This document shows positions 1-10,145 of a DNA stretch of 64,000 bases, one piece after another; the stretch's first letter is position 1, and each line of letters begins with the position of its first letter. The notes beneath the pieces are model-generated. The model did not search any database. It had not been told where the DNA came from and saw only the letters and a list, made by a program, of their open reading frames with translations. Source of the stretch: Marsupella aquatica (lineage: Eukaryota; Plantae; Marchantiophyta); NCBI GenBank assembly GCA_973895155.1, contig OZ316898.1, positions 11,741,187-11,805,186 on the forward strand, read 5' to 3'. Both the position numbers and the translations under genes were made by a program.

Positions 1-699
1 TGACGATGTTTACCATCTCTGCCGGTCGAGAAAAGCTCAAAGCAGACGCCACCCATGGCTTCACTATCCATCAGAATGCAAATCACTTAGTGTTGGAATC
101 TCACGCTGGTTTCGAACCCAAATCGGACGAGTAGCCTGACCCTAGAGGAACTGCTGATATGTGTCCAACGGCACCCGGCCGAATAACACAACTGTGTGAT
201 CCTTGCTGAATACTAAACAAGGACAGGGGAACTTTGAGTTTCAGGAAGTGCTCCACCCATTGAACCTCCTAATCGACATCCTAAACGCCACATAAAGAAG
301 CAGAGAGTCAGCTTTTAGCGATGGATTGAATATCCATCCCCGGGTGTTGGAGAGCAATGCGGTACCGTCCTTCACGCGGACAGACCGTGAGTGTGGAAAC
401 ATGAGTGCAATGTAGGCCACACCCATCTACAGAGACAGTTGAATTTGGAAAGCGAAGTTGTGAATTGTCCTATCGTCTCCTTGACCATCTCTCCCGTTAA
501 GTCTCAGTTCTCACATGATTATTTCTAATAAGCCTCGAATCCACAAATCAGTCTGCTTTTGGAACGATCTCCCTAGAAAACTGTATTCAATGCCGATTCG
601 TTCTTGTGCTCGTGCATCACTTGGGCATAATGTAGAGCTGAACGGAAGGTGAGAGGGGCTTCATGGTTCACAGACTTTTGTCAAGATCTTCTCAGCAAA

Positions 700-1660
700 T
701 CAATTCATGAAATCAACAATTCTCTAAACACGGGTTTAGCTTCGAACGAGCCGACCGGTCAGACAAATCTGTTTGTCAGTTTTCAAATACTTGACATCTC
801 AGGGATCGATCGATTCAATCCACACAGCCATCGTAGCGTATCAACGCAGTAGGAGACTTTCATCAATATCTACCCTAAACCCTAAATCGGCAATACATGA
901 AATCGGTTTCTTCAGCAACAATTTCTCTATACATGGGTTCGGCTTTGAACGGACGACCGGTCAGACAAATCTGTTGGCTCAGTATTGAATACTTGACATC
1001 AATGCAGCATATCAATTGAGTCCGAGAGAGATTACATTTAGACTGAGAACCTTCTAGCTCTCGTCCAAATGCCAGAATTGAAAGATGATCGTGCTGTTTA
1101 GATTACATTGGTCAATTCCTCGACACATGCGTTCAGCTTCGAAGGACCGACCGGTCCGACAGATCTGTTGGCTCAGTACTGAAATACATTCCATCTCAGC
1201 ATATCAATCCAGCACAGGAGAGATTACATCACCGTCCGAACCTTCTAGCTAGCATGGAAATGCAAGAATTGGGCGATGGTCGTCCTGTTTCGATTACATT
1301 GGTCAATTCCTCTACACAAGGGATGGGCTTGGGTAACTGGTTAGCCAAATATGTTGGCTTAGTAATAAAATTCCTCTACACAAGGCCTGGGCTTCAAAGG
1401 ACAGGCTGGTTAGAGAAATCTGTCGGCTTCGTACTGGAATACCTTGGCATCAACATTCGTCAATTCCTCTTCACAAGGGCTGGGCTTCGAAGGACCGACT
1501 GCTTAGACAAATCTGTTGGCTTGGCACTGAAATACTGAGAACAAAATTGGTCAATTCCTCTGCTGGGCTGGGTTTCGAAGGACCGACTACATGAAATCTG
1601 TTTACCTGGTCCTGAAAGGATTGACATCAACACTTCAGTGTGAGACAGATTACATGACAT
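700..1660. repeat. Degenerate tandem repeat field (about 7 copies of a ~45-nt core)
   Basis: The core GACCGACCGGTCAGACAAATCTGTTGGCTCAGTACTGAAATAC recurs with variation near 750, 950, 1145, 1340, 1400, 1490 and 1580. It is interleaved with a GTGCTGTTTxGATTACATTGGTC motif that also occurs in the U2 3' flank. Confidence 0.75.
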
Positions 1661-1845
1661 TGAAGCTTCGAAACGGAAACATGGTCGTCCTGTTTGGACT
1701 CGGTTATTGCATCACACCGAAGCTTCGAAACGGAAACATGGTCGTCCTGTTTGGACTCGGTTATTGCATCACACCGAAGCTTCGAAACGGAAACATGGTC
1801 GTCCTGTTTGGACTCGGTTATTGCATCACACCGAAGCTTCGAAAG
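1661..1845. repeat. Perfect 57-bp tandem repeat, about 3 copies
   Basis: GAAGCTTCGAAACGGAAACATGGTCGTCCTGTTTGGACTCGGTTATTGCATCACACC is repeated three times. Confidence 0.95.
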
Positions 1846-2009
1846 TGAAAGATGAAATAGTCGTGCTGTTTGGATTACGTTGGTCTCCCGTGGTGTAGGT
1901 GGGCTGCATCTGCCTTGAAGGTTTGAAGCTTCCAAACTGAAGGGTAAATTGGTGGTGCTGTTTGGATTACGTTGGTCTCCCGTGGAGGAGGTGGGCTGCA
2001 TCTGGCTTG

Positions 2010-2395
2010 GAGGTTTGAAGCTTCCAAACTGAAAGATGAAAGGTTTTGAAGCTTCCAAACTGAAAGATGAAAGGGTTTGAAGCTTCCAAACTGAAAGATG
2101 AAAGGGTTTGAAGCTTCGACACATAAAGATGAAAGGGTTTGAAGCTTCGAAACTGAAAGATGAAAGGGTTTGAAGCTTCGAAACTGAAGATGAAAGGTTT
2201 TGAAGCTTCGAAACTGAAGATGAAAGGTTTTGAAGCTTCGAAACTGAAAGACGAAACTGAAAGACGAAACTGGAAGACGATGTTTGAAGCATCGAAACTG
2301 GAAGACGATGTTTGAAGCATCGAAACTGGAACATGATGTTTGAAGCTTCGAAACTGAAAGACGAGGTTTGAAGCTTCGAAACCGAAAGATGAAAT
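2010..2395. repeat. ~30-31-bp minisatellite
   Basis: Tandem GGTTTGAAGCTTC(C/G)AAACTGAAAGATGAAAG units, degenerating toward 2395. Confidence 0.9.
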
Positions 2396-2436
2396 GGTGG
2401 TGCTGTTTGGTTTAAGTTGGTCTCCCTTGTAGGAGG

Positions 2437-2631
2437 TGGGCTGCGCCTGCCTTGGAGGTAGTGCAAGACCAAGGCGACACTGGCGGGACCGAAGCAGCAA
2501 GCTACCCCGTTGGCCCCGCACCCGAGAGAAATTAGATTAATATCGTGAGGGTCGATGACCCTCGTATCAGATATTAAACTGATAAGAACAGATACTACAC
2601 TTGATCTTAGCCAAAAGGCCGAGAAAGGTAT
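2437..2631 (-). ncRNA. U2: U2 spliceosomal snRNA
   Basis: The reverse complement starts ATACCTTTCTCGGCCTTTTGGCTAAGATCAAGTGTAGTATCTGTTCTTATCAGTTTAATATCTGATA, the plant U2 5' domain with branch-site-pairing GTAGTA. It ends with stem-loop IV (TTGCACTAC loop) ...GGCGCAGCCCA. Length is ~195 nt. Confidence 0.95.
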
Positions 2632-2654
2632 GCCACTTCAGCGGGAATCGCTGG

Positions 2655-2662
2655 TTTATGTA
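2655..2662 (-). promoter_or_regulatory. TATA-like box of the U2 promoter
   Basis: TACATAAA on the minus strand, 24-31 nt upstream of U2 +1, the expected position for plant snRNA genes. Confidence 0.55.
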
Positions 2663-3139
2663 CTCTACCGCTGGAAAGTAAGAAGGACACGCTCCTATGC
2701 TTATGGTCTTTTCCGTAAAGCTCTCCCGCGACTTGCGGACCTACTCGCTTGGCCGGACCAATATTCGTGGTTTGTAGAGTAGGGGGTCTCAATTGTGAAT
2801 CCGCGGAATTACAAAACGGCAATGGGATTATGAGACAGCGGGTTTCATCCGCTACATTGGCCCCGGGTACCACATATAGACCCTGCAACTAGGGGGGGGC
2901 ATATTATTTGAAACTGTTAGCTTAGGATTGATTCAGCCCACAAGAGGCTTCCCTGTGTTTGCTCTGCAACATGTTTGCTAATAAATACAGAGCCAAAGTG
3001 GTCACCGAACAACGTCGCTCCTAGACCGAAAGTGTGACCACCACAGTTTAGGATGTCGCACACTTTTGGTGGAAGTCCCTTTGGGGGCATTACCTGGCAG
3101 CCTGTGTGGGCCCCAGGTCCAAAATTGAGACACCCTACT

Positions 3140-3505
3140 GTCCAAAGCACTTTGGCAGACATGGAGGTAGATCAAGGTTGCAAAGATTTTCCAACCCGGT
3201 GACAAAGTCAGTGTATCCAAGCATTTTGGTAAAAATGGAGGTCTCCACCCAAGTTGCAAAGTATATCCCAGCATTTTGGCCATCAAGTGACAAAGTCAGT
3301 GTATCCAAGCAATTTATTTATTTTTGCACACACATCCGAGCATTTTGGCAAAGATGGAGGTCCATCCCTGATGGCAAATTAAAGTACCTCCTAGCATTTT
3401 TGGCAAGCAAGGAGGTCCATCCCAGTGGCAAAGTATATCCAATCATCTTTCCAAACGTGGAGGTCCATCCAAGTTTGCAAAGTATATCCCAGGATTTTGG
3501 GCAAA
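3140..3505. repeat. Degenerate ~60-bp tandem repeat
   Basis: GTATATCCCAGCATTTTGGCAAAGATGGAGGTCCATCCCAAGTTGCAAA-like units recur about 6-7 times. Confidence 0.75.
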
Positions 3506-4334
3506 CGTGTATTTACACTCTGGCTACAATTCCGGAACAGCACTACGGTATCATTCCCGTGTAAATAATAATGATTCTCCTCCAAAAAGCTCTCACTCAT
3601 CATCTCGTCGGCTCATCGGGCTTTGCTCGGCCCACCACAGATTAGAGACCGTCAGTCCCCAATAGACCATGACTGATCTCTAGCGCTGCAGACGAGTGAT
3701 GCCGCCGAGGTGGTGCGCGAATGTGCAGAACCGTCGGTGTTTCTGGCGGACAGATCTGATGAGGTGCACCGAAACTTTCATGCTGATTATTAATTTTACT
3801 GCTGCTGTCGGTTGTGCCTATCCTCTCCGTGACTTCGTCGTCTCCACTCTCCAACCTCCCCGAGCGTTGTGATCAACATTTGGGTCCATGCTTTGCTTTT
3901 CTTGCATTCCCTGCACTGCTCTGCTCTTCTCTTCTCTGCTGCTGCGCCGCTGTGTTTCGAGTGTACTGCATTCTTCGCCGGCGAAGTGAGATTAGTTTCC
4001 CGTTTGACTGGTGTCGTCGACGCACTGTTCCATTTTCCCAATTCAGTCGTTGAGCTGCAATTCAATAATCTGTGTCGATCACCCCCCCCCCTCCTTCACT
4101 GCCTCCTCGGACACCCGAGTGAAGGAGCACGGTCCTGTGTTGGTGTATCGAGCTAGCAATCGGCTGTGTCTCGAGTCGATGAGGTGAATCGGAGCTCGTT
4201 TGTGTCTCGAGTCGATGAGGTGAATCGGAGGTCGTTGAGGTGTGGTGGTGGTGGTGCAGTGGTTGATTCATTTCGTGACGTAGTGAGCTTTTTGGACACG
4301 GATCGGATTGGAGAGTGTGGCATCGGGAACAGAG

Positions 4335-6699
4335 ATGTCGTCTGCCATTGACGTGTGCGAGGGGTGCAGGCGGTTGAGGAAGCGCTGTGACAAGGACAAC
4401 TGTGTCCTGCACCCGTGCCTGGAATCGTTGTGGCCGAGCAGCAGGCAGTCCCAGGGGAATGCCACTGTTTTTCTCGCCAAGTACTTCGGGAGGAAACGCT
4501 TTTTCAAACTTCTGGAGGCAGTCAATAGTCAACAAAGGGCAGGTATGTCTCTGGGACTTCGTCTGGACGCAGCAGTATATTGGTATTGTTGTCTTCCCTC
4601 TTGAGACTGCACGGACTTAACTTGAGAGCCTCTTCGGGTTCACAGTGTTTCCTCTACTTGTTCTCTTTTATTTGTGTTGTGTTGGAGCGGAGATGGATTA
4701 TTGTTGTCCTCCCGATGTGTTTCTCTACACATCTGCTCATAGCGCTACTGTGGGCAGAGAAAGCGTTACTGGGCATGAATAGGGCTTAAGAAGGAAATTA
4801 TGTCAAAGGGACAACATTATGCTCAACGAGGACAACGTCGATTGTGTACGGGTGAGAGTGAGCAGGGATAAATTGAATTTGGCAGACGATGATTCTTCCT
4901 TACCGAGTAAAAGCTTTAGGAGTCAAATGTTTATTAAACCCTCATATTCTAACGGTGCTCTGTACCTATGGGAGTCTCTCAAGAGCTTCTATTGTGGGCA
5001 AAATGATCTGATGCTTCAATTTGCGAAGAGAGGTACTCGATTGGCATTTGTTGTTTGTGACCGTTGTAATGAGTGCCTGTAATCTAGGATAGGATAGTTT
5101 CCCTTACGAACTCTTGTCCATCCAGGGAATGGGAAGGTCCATGACCACGTAGCTGTGGGTTAAAAAGAATTTCCATATCCTATTTGTACACGGTAGATCC
5201 CCCAAACATTTCTGAACTGTTAGAAGTTTTAGTACACTTCACTTACGCCTCTGTGAAATGGACTTGGTAGATAACAAACCTATGACGAAGAAAGCAGAGG
5301 AGTTGCGTGCTGCAGTGCTTCTTTTTTAATTTGGCCGTCCAGAGAAACAGTTGGTGTGGTATGCGCCACGGATTATAGTCGTATAATATATGTAGAGATT
5401 GAATTACTCCAAGACAAGTTGCACTCATGAGACGGATCTTGTTTTGAACATAAGACGTCTGCCGCGGAACTATTATTAGGGAACTTGATTCATGAAATGT
5501 ATTATCAAAATTGTGATGACACGAAATATCTAGACAGTCAACTGTTTGCGGATTTTGTCTATATAAAATAGGATTTGTTTCGTGTAGTATTGGATGGAAG
5601 GTTAAAGAATTTCACGGACATCAACTTTACACAAGAACAGGAGAAAATGAGGAACTTCACTTGAAATATCTATCAACGACAGTAATTGCATGTGTTGTCA
5701 CAATTATAGAAGGTCGTTGCTGTATACTTAACAACAAGCCACGATAATGGAATGAACATAACATCTGGTTCCAACTGTCTGACTAAGGCGGAGACTGTGT
5801 GAATATGGTTTCTACGTTAGACCCTCGCACTTCAAATGAACCGAATAAGCACTTGATGTGATGCAAGTGTCTGTCTAAGTGTGGGTGCGGAGATGGACGG
5901 CAAGAACTTTCAAGACCTGAACGTCTGACAATTTATTGCCAATCTCATAGTTGTCTTCTCCCTTTCATAGGTAGTGGTATTCATCCAAGAGAAATGCGTT
6001 GGGCCAGTGGCTGAGGCTGATTATGGGATAACCATTGTGGGCAAATGGTTATCTTGTCATCCTCAGGTTTCAATACATAGTAGTTGCTCCAGAAGAACAC
6101 CAGTTGGTGCAACAGCCTTTCGTAAAAGTTAGATGGAACATCAGTAATTTTCCAGAGATTCCCAGTGTTTCAGGTCCACTATCAGGGTCCTTGCGATTCC
6201 TCTTTTGATTTCTAGTTCTAGCAACGATTTCAGTAGCATTGTACGGAGGCTAGACACGGTCTGGTGCACCGTAAGGTCCGTTGATAGACACTGATGCTGT
6301 TATGCGATGTGTGAAACAAATGAATGAATCGCAGCGCTGTTCGAATCTCTGCTGCAAGAGGCGTGTGGGAGGACAGTAAATCCCCTCGGCGGAGCAACGG
6401 GGCTGCTTAGGGCGGGTAGGTGGGCAGAATGTCAAACGGCAGTGACGACGGTGTTGAATGGGGAATCGTTGCGTGCGGTGCCTGATGCGCCCTCCACGCC
6501 ACCCGTGACAAATGTAAGCCTTTCGTCATTATATCCCACCATCGTCATCGCGAGAAACGTAAAAGAGTTCCCAGAGCGGAAGAATGTTACAGTGGAGGGT
6601 AAGGACATTGATGATGGACAGCTTCCCTCGCTGGCTGTTGCGGACTGTAGTCCATGGTGGCAGCATCTCAGTCTAGACTTGAACTCTGCTTTTCGATGA
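4335..6699 (+). CDS. Class II LOB-domain (LBD/ASL) transcription factor, LBD37-42-like
   Basis: Exon 1 (4335-4542) encodes MSSAIDVCEGCRRLRKRCDKDNCVLHPCL...QGNATVFLAKYFGR...QQRA, followed by a GTATGT donor. A phase-1 AG acceptor lies at 6333-6334. Exon 2 (from 6335) encodes LFESLLQEACGRTVNPLGGATGLLRAGRWAECQTAVTTVLNG, matching the class II LBD signature (ALFQSLLYEACGRTVNPV.GA.GLL.TGNW..CQ.AVETVL.G). It reads open to TGA at 6699; an alternative last exon at 7066-7314 is possible. Confidence 0.85.
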
Positions 6700-7062
6700 T
6701 TGAAACCGTGCAGATTATCGTCCTCCTTCTCCTTCTCCTCTTTTAGTTTTTTGGATTCCCTGAGCATTGCTTCTGTAGTTTATTTGAGCGAAGTTGAACG
6801 TCCACCCGTTTATGATCTCGCTCGCTAGGTGATGGAAGTGTCTTCATACAATACGCCGAGTGCAAGTCCGAAACTACTAGCCATTTTTTTACCTTGTACT
6901 GTGAGGGGTTTTCGCTGGCACTGGTTCTGGACTGTATTATCCCTGTGGACCTATGTAGCGAGGTCTGAATCCCTTTCTTCGTTTCGTTCCTGTGAATTCC
7001 TCGCTGGAAGTGATGGTTCTCCCATCGACATTGAGATTTGACTGCGTTGTATCTTTGTAAAT

Positions 7063-7314
7063 CAGAATCATGAACCAGTTGCAGGACCTGCAGCTTCTGT
7101 GTATCAGAATGGGGAATCGGTTGCAGGACATGCAGCTTCTGTGCATCAGAATGGTGAATCGGTTGCAGTACCTTCAGGTTCTGTCTATCGGAATGGTGAT
7201 TCGGTTGAAGTACCCGCATCTTCCGACAATCAAAACGGTGATCCTGTCGAAGCGCCTTCTGTTTTTGTGAATCAGAATGATATGCCGGTGGAAGAATCTG
7301 CAGCACCTTCATGA
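7063..7314 (+). repeat. 42-bp (14-codon) tandem repeat, 6 units; probable coding exon 3 of the LBD gene
   Basis: Units translate as QNHEPVAGPAASVY/QNGESVAGHAASVH/QNGESVAVPSGSVY/RNGDSVEVPASSDN/QNGDPVEAPSVFVN/QNDMPVEESAAPS*. Many unit differences are third-position synonymous in this frame. Confidence 0.7.
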
Positions 7315-9744
7315 GTCTCTCTTCTTATATCTCTCCCTCTATCCACGGTTTGGCTTTTTCTTGGCTAAGCCGCACTTAATGCGAGTGACAATTCGAGTGA
7401 CGCACAAGCTTGAAGAAGACCTCCGACGGGATGCGAGAGAGGGATGGCTGACTGTGGGCGAGCCTCTACCGAGCAGAGTCCAACGACTTTTCAACGGCGA
7501 CGTGGGTGAGTAGAATTTCAATCTATGTCTGTACTACAGGACTCCTAGGAGTACGTCCGTGACTATGTCGATCTCTATTTTACTTACCGTCTACCCTTGC
7601 TCAGTACTTTCCACCGATGCCCTTGTAGCCCCTGTAGCACCTGAATTTTTTGGAACATTGACCACATTATCATGGGTGATGGGGTCTTCATTCTTCACCT
7701 CTCGAGGTTTCGTAATCCAGCTGGACGTTTTTGAGTCTTCTGAGCCAGAGTCACCTGTCTGATTTGTCTCATGCAGGCGTTTGCTAGTGTTTCCTGCCAA
7801 CGTTTGCGAGAAGCGGTGTACCGAGTTGGTTACAGTCTTACCCTGACCTCGTCGTGGGAGGACAAATGCCTCTAGTTCGGCTCTGGAGTCATTCTGAAAC
7901 GCTGGCTGGATATGGAGTTGCTATTCTCAGTGCCATCAACGATCGGTTGACAATTTATGACAGTCCATCAGATTCTTTACTGTACTTTAGTAAAGTGCTT
8001 TGTCGATCTTACTGCCTCACAATACGAGTCTGGAGTAATCTCTCTGCTTGGAACCAGATTGTTATCTGTCGTTTACATTGCGATGGGCTGCACATGGACA
8101 TTATTTCGGAAGATTGTTCTGAATATCAGATTCTGAAATGTAATCCAGCCATTTACCTTAGATGACGCAATGGACATCAAAGCGATAAACAGAGGACAGC
8201 TACTTCTTCCCATCCACCAGATGCTCAATGAGTAGCTACCCCATTGTGGTTGCCAGAGATAACCGTATGAAAGGACCCAAATGTCTCACTTGGCAAAAAG
8301 AGACTTGGATTAGTGGTTCTTGGTACTCATCTGTCAGACAGTGGTCATTGCTTTTGAGCGTAAGTGATGACCCACTTTTCCATGAGAACTTTAGCAGAAT
8401 CCTGCATTAGGATCTCAACTGCATTGCAAAACGACACTGCACCCACATCATTGATAGGCTTCCTACTTCTGCACCACAACGGACCGATGGTGATATGTGC
8501 TCACTTCCATAGCTCAGTGACTGAAGTCTACAAAAACGAACTTAACCATTCACACCCCTACGAGAGATAGAGTGGGAAATACTTGTAATAATGAGTCTTC
8601 TGAAGTCTCTAGCGAAACGTCTGGCACGAAGACAACCCATCTACTCATCAGCAGGCACTCAAGGCCTTACGAGCTGTGGGTACAAAATGAAGATGAAAGG
8701 GATACAATGGGCACCATAGCTCAGTTAGTCGATACATGGAGCACATGGTATTGTAGTGATTTTGAATAACCCTGTTTTATCCAGGCAAGAAACTGAGAAG
8801 AGGACCCGTTCATGACAATTCCATTTTTTCCTGATGGGTTCATTCTATTTGTACTCTTATTAACTTCATCCTAAATGATATCTGGAATACTCAGTTTTTT
8901 CTCGTTTGAGTATTTTAGAATGCCGTGATGACTTGATGTCAGCTAGTCCACCATATTGATCTTCTGTCACAACATGAAAATGACTTTGGTCGGCTTGGAA
9001 CTTTTGTAATTCTAAGGCAGTCCCTTCCCTATATCACTCTTAGCACCACCTCTTTGCTCATCTTACTTATAGAGAGCAAACAGAAGCTAGAGGTCAGGTC
9101 GACACTTAGAGTGAGGCCTCTAGGTGAAGACAAAACTAATAAGAACAAAACTGAAACTGAATACCAAAAACATGGATGGGGTCGAAACTTCCATGGAAAT
9201 GGAACAACATAGATACTTCTGCAAGGCTTTTTTTAATTTTTTTATTGCTATTGTGATTCTAAGAATGAGCATTCAGACTAGTAGCTTAAAAAAGGGTCAC
9301 AAGGATGAAAGATTACATCGATCCCTCATTTCCGCTATATATGGATAAGGATACACCCCCGGATACACCATGTCTTGGTGGGTTTACTATCTCACCCAAG
9401 AGAGTTTCTTGTCCCTTTAGTCCAGTACCGATTTGCATCTACCTGGAGTACTTGTTTTACATGTAATGAATGTGACTTTTGTGCAGGTTAAAACCTCTGT
9501 ATTTCTGAAGACTAGCTTGATTACCCCTTTCTTGAACCCAAATAGAGATAAGACCAAAAAAACAAAGCCTTGCAAAAGAATCTATATTGTTTCCCTTTCA
9601 TGTTTGTCCTCATCCTTGTTTTGGTATGCACCAGCATAATTTTAAGGTTTTCACTTTTTGCCAGAGTGGCAAATGTCCACTCTCTGAAGAGAAGATACTC
9701 AAAATATTATTTATCTGACTAGCTCAATACCCGTGCGTTGCACA

Positions 9745-9975
9745 AAAGAAGTCGTGGCGGCCAAGATGTCGTGTTGGCCAAGATATCGTTGAGAAAAAAG
9801 ATGTTGTGTCCGCCAAAAGGTTGTGGAGAGAAAAGATGTCGTGCCGGCCAAGCGGTCGTGGAGAGAAAGGATGTTGTGTCAGCCAAGAGGTCCTGGACAG
9901 AAAAGATGTCGTGCCGGCCAAGAGGTCGTTGAGAGAAGAGATGTGGTGTCGCCCAAGAAGTTGTTGAGAAAAAAA
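9745..9975. repeat. Helitron subterminal ~35-bp tandem repeat
   Basis: About 6 copies of GAGAAAAGATGTCGTGCCGGCCAAGAGGTCGTG-like units. Confidence 0.85.
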
Positions 9976-10145
9976 TTGGCTAAGTATAAAAATGTTGTAA
10001 GTACAATATGGTCAATAAGTAAAACATGTCATTGGTCAAAGACGTTATGAAGTAAAAGGTGTTGTTAAATCCAAAAGTGAAAGAATAACATTCACACTCA
10101 ATACAATATTTTGAAGAGAATACACATGATGAGGTCTTTATTGAT

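Noticed and set aside
1-430. Possible minus-strand exons at the window start
   Set aside because: Acceptor-like sites are present, but all frames hit stops and no product is recognised.
1661-2395. CRISPR-like appearance of regularly spaced palindromic repeats
   Set aside because: The intervening sequences are themselves repeated rather than unique spacers, there are no cas genes, and the context is eukaryotic.
1591-2521. Long ORFs (281, 184 and 85 aa) with repeated peptides
   Set aside because: They are translations of the minisatellites and overlap the U2 gene; no protein features.
2555-2782. ORF MTLVSDIKLIRTDTTLDLSQKAEKG
   Set aside because: This is the antisense translation of U2 snRNA.
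6743-7312. 189-aa minus-strand ORF with VLQPxHHSD repeats
   Set aside because: Unit differences fall at synonymous third positions of the + frame, which are second positions in this frame; probably a shadow ORF. A minus-strand gene at 6400-7800 is not fully excluded.
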